Assembly (NCBI GenBank): GCA_964247055.1
Contig: OZ176055.1
Location: 620,001 to 684,000, forward strand
Length of the DNA: 64,000 bases
From: Paragordius varius
Taxonomy: Eukaryota; Animalia; Nematomorpha
Direction: 5' to 3'
Part shown: positions 61,081-64,000 of the stretch, piece after piece
Layout of the letters: each line of letters opens with the position of its first letter
Numbering within the stretch: the first letter of the stretch is position 1
Made by a program: the position numbers and the translations under genes
Notes under the pieces: model-generated
What the model was told of the DNA's origin: nothing
The model's input: the letters and a program-made list of their open reading frames with translations, nothing else
The model's database searches: none

Positions 61081-64000
61081 TATAAATAATTTGTTATTTA
61101 TTTTTATATGGATGTGATTAACATGTCGAAAAGTGATAAATAAGAGCAAAAATATTTTTTATGAATAGAGACTCTAATACGCCTTGATTGATTTTGGAAT
61201 ATAATAATTAGTTTCAGGATAAATCATTTAAACTACTAAGGGTTACTCCATTTCTGTTTGTTCCGCGCCTACAAGCCTGCAACCTAGGGAATAACATTAT
61301 TTTACAATATTAATAAAACTCATTGGATAAAAAATCATAAATAATAATAATTACAGTAAACCAATGAAATATTATATGAAAAAATGTAAAAAGATAAGAT
61401 ATCTGTTTTTAAAAGACCGATTTACTTTTTTTTAATTAATCGTTGTTTCAAAATTGCAAAGTATGAGAAGAGATGTAAATTAACACAACAATTATATATT
61501 TTACATTTGTAATTAGATAATTTATAAAGAAAAATCAAGGATTCGAAACGACTGGTAAATGATAAAAATACTTGTCTTTATTTCTTTACATAAATTTGTG
61601 AATATTTTTTACAGTAATGCATGTGAATAAATAAAAAACATTCCCAAAAGATGGGACAAAATCATTGATAGAACAAGAAACAGTTTCATTATCGCGTTTA
61701 ATTCATATAAAATAATTTTAATATTATATAGTTTTATTGAAATAATCGTTTTTTGTTGGATTTATCGTTAAAAGACGTGCGATATAGATTTTACAAATAA
61801 GAAACTTAAATATATTCTTAAACATTGTTACATGAATATCCTTAAAATTGTTAAGCTATAAATTTTGGTGAATAAATAAATATAAGCAGTGTGAAAATTT
61901 AATTTTTTTAAATAAACTTTAGACTAGTTTGCACGTTGATTTCTACTAATAAGAATAAGAAATTTAAAAACTTTAACAATCGATCACGCCTGGATTACAC
62001 AAAGCTATTGAATACCATGTTAATATTCAACATTATTTACTACCATTAATTTTAGATGCTTTTGGTTTTGGTCCTTACAAGTGGTTTAAGAAAGTTATTT
62101 ACATTTATATAGCTGCTCCAATTCGTATAATTTTTTTGGTGAAAGTTAATTTATAATAGCACCAATATATATAACTATATGCAAAAAATGTAAAAACATT
62201 GTTACCAAATTTTAAATTAAACATGTGAGACACGAAATACTGTTTTTTGGAGGTAAAGGGGATATATCTCTTAAAATCGAGGCGAAAGGGCCGAGATTGC
62301 ACGAAAAACACTTTACGCTAAATTTTACAAACAAAAAAATTTTCCGAAAAAATGGATATTTTGCTCACAAATCTAATTTCCCGGAATATTTGGTGAAGCT
62401 TTTAAGTAAAAATATTTTTCCTATCATTCTATGATAAACAATTCTCTCACATCGCTTTTATATTAATAGTTTGTTTTAATATATTTAAATAATAAAGACG
62501 AAATATCAAAATTTTATAATAGAGATGCTTAGCATTATATTTTTATAACTAAAATTTTTTGAACACATATTTTGAGAAATATATATTTTTGATGTCATAA
62601 CTACGATATACTTGTAACCTGTTAAAATATATTCGATTGGTGTTATGCTAGATAGTTCGGAATTCGATTGGCCACCAATGTTGCTAAAAAACGAAAATGA
62701 AATTAGAGTTTTGAGGCTAATTTATATAATACTTTTCAGATGTATTTATACAATTTTTTGTAAAAGTAAATTGCATGTATATAAAATTAATAATCATTCC
62801 TTACAATATTTGCATGATATATACAAAAAAGATATACAAGTAAACTAAATATGTTATTTGCATCATTATAAACTATGCAAATATTATTCACGACAATTTG
62901 TAACATGCATACAAAAATATAATTTGCATATGTAACAGATAGGAAAATATATCAGGATAATCAGGGTGTTTTATACTTTTTTTGTATATGCACTGAATCT
63001 GAAAATAGCATTGTTTTACTTCCTTGCGGCCTTTTGGAAATGAAAAAATTTCAGAGAGCTGGCGCGATAAAAAATTTCAATATATGTTAAATTTAGAACT
63101 ATGTGGCATTATGGAAACGGTATAAAAACGGTTAAAACATTAACACTTTTTCTCGATTCCATTCCATGATGCTGAACAATCTATGACCTCAGATTTTTGA
63201 TTAGTACATTCCATCTTTGATTATGTTATATCAAATTTGTGTTTTTTTACATACAATATATTGAAGCAAACGAACCTTTATTTAAAAATCATGAAGAGAT
63301 AGTTCAGATAAATAATATAGAAAAGATGTTTTTATAATGTTTTAAAGCTTTTTTATACCTTTTCTATCATCCCTCATACTATGCAGTATGCTTCAACATT
63401 TTTTTCAAAAATTTACGCTTTGATATCAACTAAAAATATTTTTAAAGATATTTTCATATTTTTCGTGGATGTCAAATTTAGCAATTAGCTTAATTTTTCT
63501 CGTGCAATCTCAGCATTTTGCTTCTATAATAAGAAAATAATTTAGAAGAAAAATATAATTTTTGATTTTGTGGTTTATATAGTTTATTATCTATTGTGAT
63601 ATTTTGTTATGAAGCCTAGCTTTCACTTATTTAAAAACTGTGCGCAAATATGGCATTTTCTGACACAAAGCACTTGCAACAAAAGAGTAAATAATTTTCT
63701 TAAATGCGCAAGGGCCAAAAAGCATTTTGTTAATCGTGATACATTTTCTAAAAGCACATGTATTTTCATCAGCTTATATTCTTAAAACCTCCGATTTCTG
63801 CAGTGTGCAAAATTTAAAAAAATGAAAATTGTAAAATATCTTTATCTCAAACTTTTCGCCACATTTTTTTATATATTTTCGCTAAAGCAACTGGCAACTA
63901 AATATATACTTTGTCTAGAAAATGTAAAAGAAAGCTTTCAGACTATATATTACCAGCAAAAATATTTATTTCAATTATATTAGTTGTCGTTCCAATCGTT

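Noticed and set aside
63026-63037. cggccttttgg resembles the U2 snRNA 5' end (the Utopia target)
   Set aside because: Only about 11 nt match, with no downstream U2 sequence and no adjacent retroelement.
61100-64000. Short ORFs at 62105, 62225 and 62645 and local GC-richer patches
   Set aside because: No recognisable protein motif, termini or internal repeat that I can support.

Overview
AT-rich eukaryotic (invertebrate-like) genomic window. It holds one intact host gene, a 15-exon kainate-type ionotropic glutamate receptor on + (34871-45811, about 1089 aa by my manual splice), embedded in transposon debris. The first 16 kb contain six decayed copies of a non-LTR retrotransposon with a CCHC + restriction-like endonuclease (RLE) C-terminus of the NeSL/Utopia type. 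The two copies with intact 3' ends each run directly into a U1 snRNA sequence that lacks its first ~20 nt, at the equivalent position. This suggests a U1 snRNA-targeting retroelement, which is the main finding. Other content: an old ~15.4 kb-period segmental duplication (1-8.7 kb vs 15.4-24.4 kb) carrying conserved exon-like islands; a non-autonomous Helitron family, one copy expanded into a 7.3 kb higher-order tandem array; RTE-clade LINE fragments; a degenerate full-length Mos1-like mariner; a 3.3 kb TA/CAGT foldback element; and several MITE-like repeats. All alignments, translations and coordinates were done by eye, and boundaries of degenerate elements are approximate.
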